64,000 nt of DNA from Nitrosopumilus sp. (GTDB lineage Archaea; Thermoproteota; Nitrososphaeria; Nitrososphaerales; Nitrosopumilaceae): the NCBI GenBank assembly GCA_965223425.1, contig OZ245003.1, positions 1,120,001 to 1,184,000 on the forward strand, written 5' to 3'. Below the pieces are notes generated by a model. That model searched no databases. It saw only the letters and a list, made by a program, of their open reading frames with translations, and was not told where the DNA came from. This document shows, piece after piece, positions 31,554 to 41,501 of this stretch (position 1 is its first letter; every line of letters starts with the position of its first letter). Both the position numbers and the translations under genes were made by a program.

Positions 31554-32471
31554 TTGGACTTGCTTGGTGATCTAAAGAAAGGAAAGCGTGGAGCGATTGC
31601 AAAAGCTATAACCATAATTGAAAATGATCCAAAAGAAGCAAAAAAACTCTTGAAGAAAATTTTCAAGAACACTGGAAATTCTATTGTTATTGGCATTACT
31701 GGTCCTGCTGGCGCTGGAAAAAGTTCTTTGATCAACAAAACTGCTGTAAGTCTGAAAAAATTAGGTATAAAACCTGCTGTTTTGGCAGTTGATCCAACTA
31801 GTCATGTTACTGGCGGTGCAATACTGGGCGATAGAGTTAGAATGACTGAATCTACAGATTCTGGAACATACATCCGAAGCATTGCATCCCGCGGCGCAAC
31901 TGGTGCAATATCTAACTCGTTACGAAACAGTATTCGTATTTTAGAATATTCGGGCTTTGATCCAATTATCATTGAAAGCGTTGGAGCCGGGCAGACTGAA
32001 ATTGAAATTTCAAACATTGCAGACATTACAGTTGTAGTGTTTAATCCTCATACTGGTGACAGCATTCAAACAATCAAAGCTGGATTGACTGAAATTGGAG
32101 ATATCTATCTTGTAAACAAAAGTGATCTCAGCGGAACAAATCAACTATTTGATGCAGTAAGGGACCATATTGGAGACTCGGAACGAAACCCGACAATTCT
32201 AAAAACCTCTGTAAAAAAAAATACTGGAATTGCTGTATTTGCAAAAACACTCAAAGAAATGATGAAATCCAAAAAGAAATCTAAAAAAGAAAAAGATCAC
32301 AAGCGACTTGAAGCAGAATTAAAGGATATTGTTTTAAATAACATCCAGGAAAAGATCGATGACGTGTCTGATTCTGATAAATTATTTTCAAAATACCTCA
32401 AAAAACTGCAGACAAAAAGCATCGATCCATTTGAAGCTGGAGATAAAATTACAAAATCTTTGTTAAAGTGA
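31554..32471 (+). CDS. meaB: Methylmalonyl-CoA mutase-associated GTPase
   Basis: GPAGAGKS, GAILGDRVRM, ESVGAGQ, NKSD. Confidence 0.95.
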   Translation: MDLLGDLKKGKRGAIAKAITIIENDPKEAKKLLKKIFKNTGNSIVIGITGPAGAGKSSLINKTAVSLKKLGIKPAVLAVDPTSHVTGGAILGDRVRMTESTDSGTYIRSIASRGATGAISNSLRNSIRILEYSGFDPIIIESVGAGQTEIEISNIADITVVVFNPHTGDSIQTIKAGLTEIGDIYLVNKSDLSGTNQLFDAVRDHIGDSERNPTILKTSVKKNTGIAVFAKTLKEMMKSKKKSKKEKDHKRLEAELKDIVLNNIQEKIDDVSDSDKLFSKYLKKLQTKSIDPFEAGDKITKSLLK

Positions 32472-32475
32472 TACT

Positions 32476-34071
32476 ATGGCAACAAAAAAACAAAAGCAAC
32501 CTGAAAAGAAAATTTTCACTGACTCTAACTTTCCAGTAAAGCGAATCTATCAAAAATCCTCCAGAAAAAAACCAGTCGAAGATGCAGGACAATACCCGTT
32601 CACTCGAGGAATTCACCCTGGAATGTTCCGCGATAGATTTTGGACCATGAGACAATATTCGGGATTCGGTGATGCTAAACTTACCAATGATCGATTCAAA
32701 TTCATGCTTGAAAAGGGGCAGACTGGTCTTAGCATGGCATTTGATCTGCCAACACAAATTGGATATGATTCTGACTCTCCGCAAGCTGAAGGTGAAGTAG
32801 GCAAAGTTGGCGTTTCCATTACATCAATTAAAGACATGATGACTGCCTTTGATGGCATTCCACTAGGCAAAGTTAGTTCCTCAATGACAATTAACTCTAC
32901 TGCATCAACACTGCTTGCATACTATATTGCAGTTGGCAAATCACAGGGATTCAAAAGCCATGAATTGCGAGGAACTACCCAAAATGATATCCTCAAAGAA
33001 TACATTGCAAGAAATACCTACATCTATCCTCCCCAGCCATCAATGCGGTTGATCGGTGATATGATTGGTTATTGTGCAGAAAAAGTGCCTTCTTGGTATC
33101 CCGTGTCAATATCTGGATATCACATGAGAGAGGCCGGTTGCACTGCAACACAGGAAGTTGCGTTCACACTGGCAAATGCTATTGCATACATCCAAACTTG
33201 TCTAGATAAAGGATTAAAGATTGATGACTTTGCACCACGTTTGTCATTTTTCTTTTGTTGCACTATAGAATTCTTTGAAGAAGTTGCAAAGTTTAGAGTT
33301 GCAAGAAAAGTTTACGCTAAAATTCTCAAAGAGATGTTTCATGCAAAAAACCCGCGCTCATTACAGCTAAAATTCCACACTCAAACCAGCGGTGAGTCAT
33401 TAACTGCCCAACAGCCTGATAACAATATTGTTCGTGTTGCAATTCAGACAATGGCTGCAGTTGCCGGCGGTACACAATCTCTTCATACAAACTCCAGAGA
33501 TGAGGCATTGGCACTCCCTACACAAGAATCTGCAAAAATTGCGCTTAGAACGCAGCAAATAGTCGCCCATGAGAGTGGAATTACAAAGACAGCTGATCCA
33601 ATGGCAGGATCTTACTATCTTGAGGAACTATGTGATCAAATTGAGGACGGCGTATGGAAATATCTTAAAAAAATTCAAAAAATGGGCGGCTCTGTCAAAG
33701 CAATAGAAAAAGGATTCTTCCAATCCGAAATAAGAGCAAACGCTTACCGTCTAAAGAAAGAAGCAGATGATGGTGAAAGAATTCTTGTTGGCGTAAACAA
33801 GTATTCTGAAGAAGAAGAGCAACAGCCAGAACTACTTAGAATTGGTGGCAAAGTTGAAACCCAGCAAAAGAAAGCACTCAAGGCATTACGCTCATCTAGG
33901 GACAAAAAGAAATGGGAAAAAGCGTTATCTGCAATGCAAAGCGCAGCTGATACTGATGAAAACCTAATGCCGTACATAGTTACTGCCGCAAAGGCATTTG
34001 CCACCACCGGTGAAATTAGTAGTGCTTTCAGAGAGGTGTTTGGCGAATATCGCCCAAAAGAAGCATTCTAA
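32476..34071 (+). CDS. Methylmalonyl-CoA mutase large subunit
   Basis: YPFTRG, WTMRQYSGF, GTTQNDILKE, GYHMREAG. Confidence 0.97.
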   Translation: MATKKQKQPEKKIFTDSNFPVKRIYQKSSRKKPVEDAGQYPFTRGIHPGMFRDRFWTMRQYSGFGDAKLTNDRFKFMLEKGQTGLSMAFDLPTQIGYDSDSPQAEGEVGKVGVSITSIKDMMTAFDGIPLGKVSSSMTINSTASTLLAYYIAVGKSQGFKSHELRGTTQNDILKEYIARNTYIYPPQPSMRLIGDMIGYCAEKVPSWYPVSISGYHMREAGCTATQEVAFTLANAIAYIQTCLDKGLKIDDFAPRLSFFFCCTIEFFEEVAKFRVARKVYAKILKEMFHAKNPRSLQLKFHTQTSGESLTAQQPDNNIVRVAIQTMAAVAGGTQSLHTNSRDEALALPTQESAKIALRTQQIVAHESGITKTADPMAGSYYLEELCDQIEDGVWKYLKKIQKMGGSVKAIEKGFFQSEIRANAYRLKKEADDGERILVGVNKYSEEEEQQPELLRIGGKVETQQKKALKALRSSRDKKKWEKALSAMQSAADTDENLMPYIVTAAKAFATTGEISSAFREVFGEYRPKEAF

Positions 34072-34356
34072 AATAAGTAAAGACGAGCGTAATGCATTCT
34101 TAATTAAAGCGATCAGTCATTTAATGCCGGGCACCTCTAAAATGAGATGTGCAATCTAGTTACTGTGGAGAAAAACTTTGGAAAATTCCTAAACCTAAAA
34201 CCATTCTTCGCTGTTTCACTAACTATCTTTTCACTAACTGGCAGGTGAGAAAGAATGTTATCTTAATAATTTCATATAAATTTAGACAACAAATTTTAGA
34301 TAATCTAGTTTTTTTCCTGAAATTAATTAAAATAGGCGTAAAACATGCTATAACTC

Positions 34357-34755
34357 ATGAAGATCGACCATATTGCAATCGCGGTAAACGATGTTGAAGA
34401 ATCTGCCAAAACATATCAACAAGCATTAGGTGCTGATAGTGTAGAATTTGAAACAGTTGAAACTGAAGGTGTCAAAGTTGCGATTATTCATCTAGAAAAT
34501 GGACGTGTTGAGTTAATGCAACCAACAAACGATGATAGCCCAATCAAAAAATTTCTAGAAAAAAAAGGCCAAGGACTACACCACATGGCACTAGAAACTG
34601 GCAACATTGAAGGCGAGGTAGAAAGAATGGAAGGGTGCGGTATTCAGTTCTTAGGAAAAATAAGGCCTGGCTCTGCAGGAACCAAAGTTACTTTCATCCA
34701 TCCAAAATCACTTCATGGCGTATTGGCAGAACTTTGCTCTCATCCTAAAGAATAA
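34357..34755 (+). CDS. mce: Methylmalonyl-CoA epimerase
   Basis: IDHIAIAV, GLHHMAL, FIHPK; adjacent to the mutase. Confidence 0.95.
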   Translation: MKIDHIAIAVNDVEESAKTYQQALGADSVEFETVETEGVKVAIIHLENGRVELMQPTNDDSPIKKFLEKKGQGLHHMALETGNIEGEVERMEGCGIQFLGKIRPGSAGTKVTFIHPKSLHGVLAELCSHPKE

Positions 34756-35313
34756 CTATTCCATCATCTTCAAAGTATCCGAAGCTGTGATAATTCCGAC
34801 AATTTTGGATTTCTTTGAAACAAGAATGCATTTTGAGTATCTAATTAACGGCACAAGCACATTTGCTGGAGTATCAAAATCCACTATTGGTGGGATTGGA
34901 TCCATGGTGTCTGCTAGTTTGGCTTTTTTGAGTTCTGCCTCTCCAATGTCTGCTAGATGCTTTACAATTCCGTCTTCAGATACCACTCCAACAATTTCTG
35001 AATTATTAAAAACAGGAATCTGACTAATTGATAGCTGGTGCATCTTTTTTATTGCATCGTGAAGTGTATTTGCTGGCCTTAGTTTTACAATATCTTTACT
35101 ACAAAAATCCCCCGCAATGTGTGATGATGACTCGCCCTCTAATTTTGCAAGACTCTCAAAAATTTTCTTTGCTGTATCGTAACTTGGTTGACTGCGCCCT
35201 GACTCTATCTGGTTAATCATTGATGTGCTAACTTCTGTCATTGCAGCCAGTTTTTTCTGTGTAATTCCAATTTTTTGTCGTATCTGTTTGATTGAATCAA
35301 TTCTGGGCAACAT
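34756..35313 (-). CDS. Cro/C1 HTH plus CBS-pair transcriptional regulator
   Basis: ITQKKLA...INQIESGRSQPS followed by two CBS domains. Confidence 0.93.
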   Translation of the reverse strand: MLPRIDSIKQIRQKIGITQKKLAAMTEVSTSMINQIESGRSQPSYDTAKKIFESLAKLEGESSSHIAGDFCSKDIVKLRPANTLHDAIKKMHQLSISQIPVFNNSEIVGVVSEDGIVKHLADIGEAELKKAKLADTMDPIPPIVDFDTPANVLVPLIRYSKCILVSKKSKIVGIITASDTLKMME

Positions 35314-35316
35314 CTT

Positions 35317-35709
35317 CTACAATCCTCCTCCGGGAATTTCACCTAACTCTATTTCATATCCACTGGGATCTACAATATACACTGATTTTGATTTCTCCCA
35401 ATCTATGGGGCCGCCATAAAGTATTTCCACATCAAATTCTTTACATTTTCCTGTTATCTCATCAAAATTTGCAACATTGAATCCAAAGTGAGCAATTCCT
35501 CCCTCCGGTGACATATCTGGGACCTCGTACAAGCAAAGCTTGATTGAATCATTGCCAATAATTTTTGATGGCACATCTGTTTTATTTGGATTCTCTTCCT
35601 GCTTTACCTCAAAACCAAAAAGATTTTTGTAAAACTCCACACTTTGCTCCAAATTCTTGACTTTCATATTCACATGATCAATTGATGCAGCCTTGAGAAA
35701 TTCGCCCAC
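35317..35709 (-). CDS. VOC/glyoxalase family protein
   Basis: IDHVN, HFGF, DPSGYEIEL. Confidence 0.92.
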   Translation of the reverse strand: MGEFLKAASIDHVNMKVKNLEQSVEFYKNLFGFEVKQEENPNKTDVPSKIIGNDSIKLCLYEVPDMSPEGGIAHFGFNVANFDEITGKCKEFDVEILYGGPIDWEKSKSVYIVDPSGYEIELGEIPGGGL

Positions 35710-35739
35710 GCATTTCTTGGGATATTATAGATATTTAGT

Positions 35740-38400
35740 CTAGCGTTTTTTCTTTTTGGGCTGCTCAATTGCAGCCTGTGCAGCTGCGACAATTGCGATT
35801 GGAATTCTGTGCGGTGACGCACTAACATAACTAAGACCTGCATCATGGCAAAATTTGATAGATATTGGATCTCCGCCGTGCTCGCCACAAATACCAATCT
35901 CCATATTTGGTCTGGCTTTACGTCCATAATCAATGCCGATCTTCATGAGACTGCCAACACCATTAACGTCAATTGATTGAAATGGGCTTCTTTCAAGTAA
36001 CTCTTTTTCCATGTATTCTGGAAGGAATTTCCCTTCCACATCTTCCCTGCTAAAGCTAAATGTTCCCTGTGTGAGATCATTTGTGCCAAAACTAAAGAAT
36101 TCGGCAGTACTTACAAGCTCATTTGCAGTTAATGCAGCTCTTACCACTTCAATCATAGTTCCAAAGTTGATCTTTAGTTTCATTTTATGCTTTGACTCCA
36201 TCTCTTTTTTGATAGAATCATAAATTTTCTTAATGTGGTTTAGCTCGGCAATACTGCTAATTTGTGGAATCATTATTTGTGGATGGGCATTTACTTTTTT
36301 CCTTGTTAATTCAACTAATGCCTCAAAGACTGCACGAATTTGCATCTCATAAATTTCTGGATATGTTATGCCCACTCTTACCCCCCTGTGCCCCATCATC
36401 GGATTAACTTCGGCAAGCTCTTTTGCTCTTTTCAGAATGATTTTTGCTTCTTTGATCTCGCTGGTTGCTTTCTTTAACTCTAATTTGTGAATCTTTTCAG
36501 ACAATTCTTCAGGATTTGGCAGGAATTCATGTAATGGCGGATCCAGTAGTCTTATTGTTACTTCGTACCCCTCCATTGCATTTAGAATTTCAATAAAATC
36601 ACTCTTTTGTAGCTGGCCTAGTTTTTTTAGAACTTTGGATCTTTCTTCAATGTTTTTGGCCATTATCATGTCTACAAACAAGCCGATTCTGTCTTTTCCA
36701 TTGAACATTCTTTCAGTTCTACACAAGCCAATTCCCTGGCCACCAAACCCTCTTGCGAGTTTTGCACCTTCTGGCGTGTCTGCATTTGCCCTGATTCCAA
36801 TTTTCTTTGCTTTTTGGGCCCATTCCAAAATTTGTTTAAAGTCTGAAGTTATTTTTGGCTCTATTGTTGGAATGTCCCCGATGTATATGATGCCAGAACT
36901 TCCATCAATTGTTATGGCATCTCCTTCTCGAAGCGTGTTTCCATCAACATTACACTGTTTCTCATCGTAATTTATTTTCAAATCGGCGCATCCTACAATG
37001 CATGGCTTGCCCATTCCTCTGGCAACAACTGCAGCATGGGATGTTTTGCCCCCTCTGCTGGTTAGAATTCCTACGGATTCAAAAAACGCTGGAACATCTT
37101 CGGGCTTTGTTTCTTCTCTAATCAGAATCACTTTGACACCATTCTCTCCCATTGCAGTTGCCCTTTTAACATCAAAGACGGCAATTCCGCTTGCCGCACC
37201 AGGCGATGCTGCAATTCCTTTTGCTAGTTGTGTATAGTTTTTGATGGCATTTGGATCAATTGTTCTGTGTAATAACTGTTCTAATTGTTCTGCTTGAAGT
37301 CTAGTTAGCGCCCTGTTTTTATCGATTAATTTTTCTTTGACCATGTCAACTGACGTTTTTACCATTCCAACTGCGTTCATCTTTGCATTTCTTGTTTGAA
37401 GTAAGTAGAACTTGCCTTGCTCAATTGTAAATTCAATATCTTGCGGTTCTTTGTAGTGTTTTTCTAACCTTTCACAAGTTTTTGCCAATTGTTTATATGA
37501 TTCAGGTAGTTCCTTTTTCATTTGGTCTACCTGCCTTCCTGTCCTTACGCCAGCTACAACATCTTCTCCCTGAGCGTTAATCAAATATTCGCCATAAATG
37601 TGGCGTGAACCATCTCCTGGATTTCTTGTAAATACAACACCTGTTGCACTACCATCACCCATGTTGCCAAATGCCATGGAAACAATATTTACTGCAGTAC
37701 CATCTGCGATATCTTTTGTAATGTTGTTTCTCTCTCTGTATACTATTGCCCTTTCCCCCATCCAGCTATCAAAAACTGCTTTTATTGCAAGTTCAACTTG
37801 CTCAGTAGGGTCTGTTGGAAATTTCCTCCCAGCATGCTTGTCACAGATCTGCTTGTATTGCCCCACAATTTTTTTTAAAGATTTTTCATTTAAATCACTG
37901 TCTAGTGTTACATTTTGTTTTTTCTTTGTATCATCTAAAACAACATCAAATTTTTTATCATCAACTCCAAAAACCACCTTTCCAAAAAGTTGGATAAATC
38001 TTCTGTAAGAATCCCATGCAAATCTGGGATTGTTGCTTTTCTCAGCTAAACCTAATACTGTCTGATCGTTTAGTCCTAGATTCAAAATGGTATCCATCAT
38101 ACCTGGCATGGAAATCACCGCTCCTGATCTTACTGATACCAATAATGGATTTAATTTAGAATTCCATTTTTTCCCAGATCTTTTCTCTATTTTTGCAATA
38201 TTTTTTTTGACATCGGCCATCAAAGTTTTTGGTAGTCTTTTGTTATTTTCATAATATTTTTTACATACTTCAGTTGTAATTGTAAATCCTGGTGGTACCG
38301 GTAACTTTAATCTGGTCATTTCACACAGACCTGCCCCTTTCCCACCTAGAATCTTCTTGTTTTTACCGTCGCCTTCGTCAAAAAAGTAAACCTGTTTCAT
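35740..38400 (-). CDS. ppdK: Pyruvate, phosphate dikinase
   Basis: LGGKG, SMPGMMDT, GGKTSHAAVVAR, GLCRTE, GTNDLTQ, ICGEHGG. Confidence 0.98.
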   Translation of the reverse strand: MKQVYFFDEGDGKNKKILGGKGAGLCEMTRLKLPVPPGFTITTEVCKKYYENNKRLPKTLMADVKKNIAKIEKRSGKKWNSKLNPLLVSVRSGAVISMPGMMDTILNLGLNDQTVLGLAEKSNNPRFAWDSYRRFIQLFGKVVFGVDDKKFDVVLDDTKKKQNVTLDSDLNEKSLKKIVGQYKQICDKHAGRKFPTDPTEQVELAIKAVFDSWMGERAIVYRERNNITKDIADGTAVNIVSMAFGNMGDGSATGVVFTRNPGDGSRHIYGEYLINAQGEDVVAGVRTGRQVDQMKKELPESYKQLAKTCERLEKHYKEPQDIEFTIEQGKFYLLQTRNAKMNAVGMVKTSVDMVKEKLIDKNRALTRLQAEQLEQLLHRTIDPNAIKNYTQLAKGIAASPGAASGIAVFDVKRATAMGENGVKVILIREETKPEDVPAFFESVGILTSRGGKTSHAAVVARGMGKPCIVGCADLKINYDEKQCNVDGNTLREGDAITIDGSSGIIYIGDIPTIEPKITSDFKQILEWAQKAKKIGIRANADTPEGAKLARGFGGQGIGLCRTERMFNGKDRIGLFVDMIMAKNIEERSKVLKKLGQLQKSDFIEILNAMEGYEVTIRLLDPPLHEFLPNPEELSEKIHKLELKKATSEIKEAKIILKRAKELAEVNPMMGHRGVRVGITYPEIYEMQIRAVFEALVELTRKKVNAHPQIMIPQISSIAELNHIKKIYDSIKKEMESKHKMKLKINFGTMIEVVRAALTANELVSTAEFFSFGTNDLTQGTFSFSREDVEGKFLPEYMEKELLERSPFQSIDVNGVGSLMKIGIDYGRKARPNMEIGICGEHGGDPISIKFCHDAGLSYVSASPHRIPIAIVAAAQAAIEQPKKKKR

Positions 38401-38559
38401 TTTTACGATTAATCCTTCATTTTTGGATAATTGATTTAATAAAAATCATACATTTCATGCCCAGATTTACATGCTCTTCAAAGAATTAACCTCTTTATGC
38501 TGTTTAGTATGCGGGGTCTGTCCAAATTATTGCAAGCTAGAGACATGATAAATTTTATC

Positions 38560-38677
38560 GGCTCTGGCCACTTTTGGTGATCTAGGTAACTAACTGCCCA
38601 AAAGTGAGCAACATCAGATCCCAAACAACCCTGCTATTTGATTCTGGTGATCTGGATTCCCTAAATTGACTAGAGCC
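38560..38677. mobile_element. Possible degenerate MITE
   Basis: Imperfect TIR GGCTCTGGCCACTTT / AAATTGACTAGAGCC (12/15); an IS5-like end motif CTGTCCAAATT lies just upstream at ~38518. Confidence 0.3.
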
Positions 38678-38873
38678 AAGAATCATTCCAGAGAGTAATT
38701 TTTTCCAAAACCAGCCATGCCAACTATTTGGAGTATTGCGTTCATCTAAGTAATCTTATGTGCCCCGATCAAGGAAATCAGATGATAAGAGTGGTTCTGG
38801 TTCAGAAAACAGAGCCGGTACTGCAAGGATCAGAAATGCAAACAAACACACAACCCCAGATCCGAGGATATGC

Positions 38874-39913
38874 ATGTCAGCTGTCTTTGTCGGCCTGGAT
38901 GTCCACAAGAAGACCATCCAGATGTCAGTCATGGATGAAAACGGCGAGGAACTGCTCAACAAAGAGATAGCAAACACAGCCGAAGACATCAGGTACAACA
39001 TAGGCTGTTTGCACAAGGACTCTAAGCTTGTGATGGAATCCTCGTCTGTTGGAAGGCGCCGTTCTTTCAGACAAGAGACGAGCTAAGCATGGACGTGTCG
39101 CTGTCAAACCCGTACACCACCAAGCTCATAGCAGAGTCCAAAAAGAATACTGACAAGGTGGATGCCAGAATTCTGGCAGACATGCACAGGGGAGGATACA
39201 TAGTATCGTGCCACGTACCCACGTTGCAGAACATGAACAACAGGGACCTGGTGAATTACCGGCACAACCTGGTACGCCACAGGACAGGACTGAAGAACTC
39301 CATACACGGCATACTGCTGCAGAGATCGATTCGGCCTGACGGCAAGCCGTTTTGCGGGCCATGGATTGCGCAGGTTCGAAAGATAAGCGACTATAGGATA
39401 GACTCGTACCTGGACACGATAAACAGCATAAACGACAAGATACTCCAGTCAGATGCAAGGGTGCGCCAGGCAGCAAAGGAGAACGAGGATGCAACTCTGC
39501 TGCAGACCGTTCCGGGTGTCGGGGCATACTCTGCACTGGTCATTGCATGTACAATAGACGGCATAGGAAGGTTCGTCAACTCGCACAAGCTGTGCTCTTA
39601 TGTCGGCGTTGTTCCGTCTGTGAGATCCTCCGGCGAGTCCGTGCACTATGGACACATAACGCACCATGGAAGCAGCATATGCAGGTGGGTTCTGACAGAG
39701 TGCGTCTTGTCGCATGTAAGGTATGCGCCAGAGTCTGACATTTCGATATTCTACAAGAGGCTTGCAAAGAGGAGGGGCAAGGGACGTGCATCAGTGGCTG
39801 CTGCCTCAAAGCTGCTGCGAGTCATTTACCGTATGCTCAAGGAGAGAAGGGCGTTTGTTACAAATTACAGTCAGGATGCCAATTGCGATGAACTCGTTGA
39901 GGGACAGACCTAG
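38874..39913 (+). pseudogene. IS110-family recombinase/transposase, frameshifted near 39050
   Basis: VGLDVHKK, VMESS, NTDKVDA, TVPGVG, GVVPSVRSSG; split into two ORFs. Confidence 0.9.
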
Positions 39914-40248
39914 TAGTCTGTATGCCTCGCCTTGTAATTGCATTATACCCTGATAAAAGAATGGAGAATGATACTGAGGGATTGCCTCTGTGATTGCCTC
40001 GGATGGATAACTGTTCGCCTCTTTGTTGTCTTGGGCCTTTGCGGTCTGGAAATAATCCTAGCTTGTGCCGTACCTGTCAGGATGAAAAATGTTGGGAATT
40101 CTTATAAGGATGGCACATGGATATGAGTTCACCTACTCTGCGTAAACAACACAAATTCCGTAAAATTCGCGCCTATTTGTAAGGGGACGTGAACTCGTAC
40201 TCATCTAACTAGAGAATCTTTATTACAGATGTATTGTAATCCGTCTTA

Positions 40249-40350
40249 TTGTCAAAAGAGATCAAATGCCCGTATTGTAATTCTATATTTGACAACAGTC
40301 CTGACTATAACAGGCACATTGACAAAGTTCACAACAACTCTCTGACTTGA
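40249..40350 (+). CDS. 33-aa C2H2 zinc-finger microprotein
   Basis: TTG start; MSKEIKCPYCNSIFDNSPDYNRHIDKVHNNSLT (C-x2-C-x12-H-x4-H). Confidence 0.65.
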   Translation: MSKEIKCPYCNSIFDNSPDYNRHIDKVHNNSLT

Positions 40351-40511
40351 GATCCATGCTTGTAATTTTTTCAGAAGTTTTCTCTCTGAAATTTTATCTT
40401 TCTGACACTCTCTCTGAAATTAATCCGATTGAATTTGATTTGAGGTGCTTCGTCTCTTATGCTGTCTGATTTCCCTTTCTTTGTATTCACATATAGTGTT
40501 ACCAGAACCAC

Positions 40512-41168
40512 CTAAACCATCGCTCTGGCAAATTCAGATATTGCACTACTCCAATCTTTGGATTTGACAATCCCGCTTGCGACAAGAATTCCTCTGGAAC
40601 CTAGCTCAACTGCTTTTTCTACGTCTTCTCCAGAGACAATTCCTGCACCGCAAAGCAACCTTGTTTTATTCCCTGCACTCTTCACTGCACTTGAGGCTTT
40701 TGTGATCAGTTCAGGTTTCTCTTTTGACACTGCCTTTCCTGAGCCGATTAGCTCTGGAGGCTCTATTGCAATATAATCTGGTTCAAGTTTTGCATATCTT
40801 CGCGCCTCTGCGACATCTTTTACACATACAATTGACATCATTTTCAATTCTTTTAATTTTAAAACTGCCCTCTTGACCTCATTGCTTGAAACCCTGTGTT
40901 CGCTGTGGTTGATCAAGGAACCTCTTACTCTGGATTTTTTTAGCAATTCTGGAATCATAAAACCTGTTGTGCTTCCAACCCCTGAACCATCTATGTGCTG
41001 GGCTAAGATGGGGATTGAACTGCCTGCAACTACTCCGATTAGATGCTGTGGCGGCGCTATTGCAATCTTTACCCTGAATCTTCTGGAAATTCTTTCTGCT
41101 GTTCTTACAAGTTTGATGATCTTATCTCCTGCGACCTCTTCATAATTTTTACAGTTTATTACAAACAT
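40512..41168 (-). CDS. tpiA: Triosephosphate isomerase (archaeal type)
   Basis: INCKNY, NHSEHR, AIEPPELIG, CGAGI. Confidence 0.97.
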   Translation of the reverse strand: MFVINCKNYEEVAGDKIIKLVRTAERISRRFRVKIAIAPPQHLIGVVAGSSIPILAQHIDGSGVGSTTGFMIPELLKKSRVRGSLINHSEHRVSSNEVKRAVLKLKELKMMSIVCVKDVAEARRYAKLEPDYIAIEPPELIGSGKAVSKEKPELITKASSAVKSAGNKTRLLCGAGIVSGEDVEKAVELGSRGILVASGIVKSKDWSSAISEFARAMV

Positions 41169-41208
41169 TCTCTTGGATATTCCTGCACCTATTTAATCTC
41201 TGATTAGA

Positions 41209-41493
41209 TTAATTTTTTTGCAACTGTCTGTCGTACCTTCTCTTCATTCCAAGAACAATCATCATAAGAACAATTGCTGCCAAATTCGTGCCTACGACAA
41301 ACACATCTGATATGATGATTCCATAAATCAGCCACAAGATCGCTCCAGCAGAGATAAAGATCATCAAAAATCTTGAGATATCTTTTAGACTCTTTGTTTT
41401 GTATCCTTTGTATATTTGCTCAACCCACCCGGTTAGAATTAAAATTCCAGCTGCGGTTCCTAATAATGTCAGTAGAATCCCGTCAACTTCCAT
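41209..41493 (-). CDS. SemiSWEET/PQ-loop family membrane protein
   Basis: Three TM helices, QIYKGYKTKSLKDIS, LWLIYG. Confidence 0.85.
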   Translation of the reverse strand: MEVDGILLTLLGTAAGILILTGWVEQIYKGYKTKSLKDISRFLMIFISAGAILWLIYGIIISDVFVVGTNLAAIVLMMIVLGMKRRYDRQLQKN

Positions 41494-41501
41494 ATTTCAC
41501 G

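Noticed and set aside
28083-34755. Methylmalonyl-CoA cluster as a novel pathway
   Set aside because: Known part of the thaumarchaeal 3-hydroxypropionate/4-hydroxybutyrate cycle
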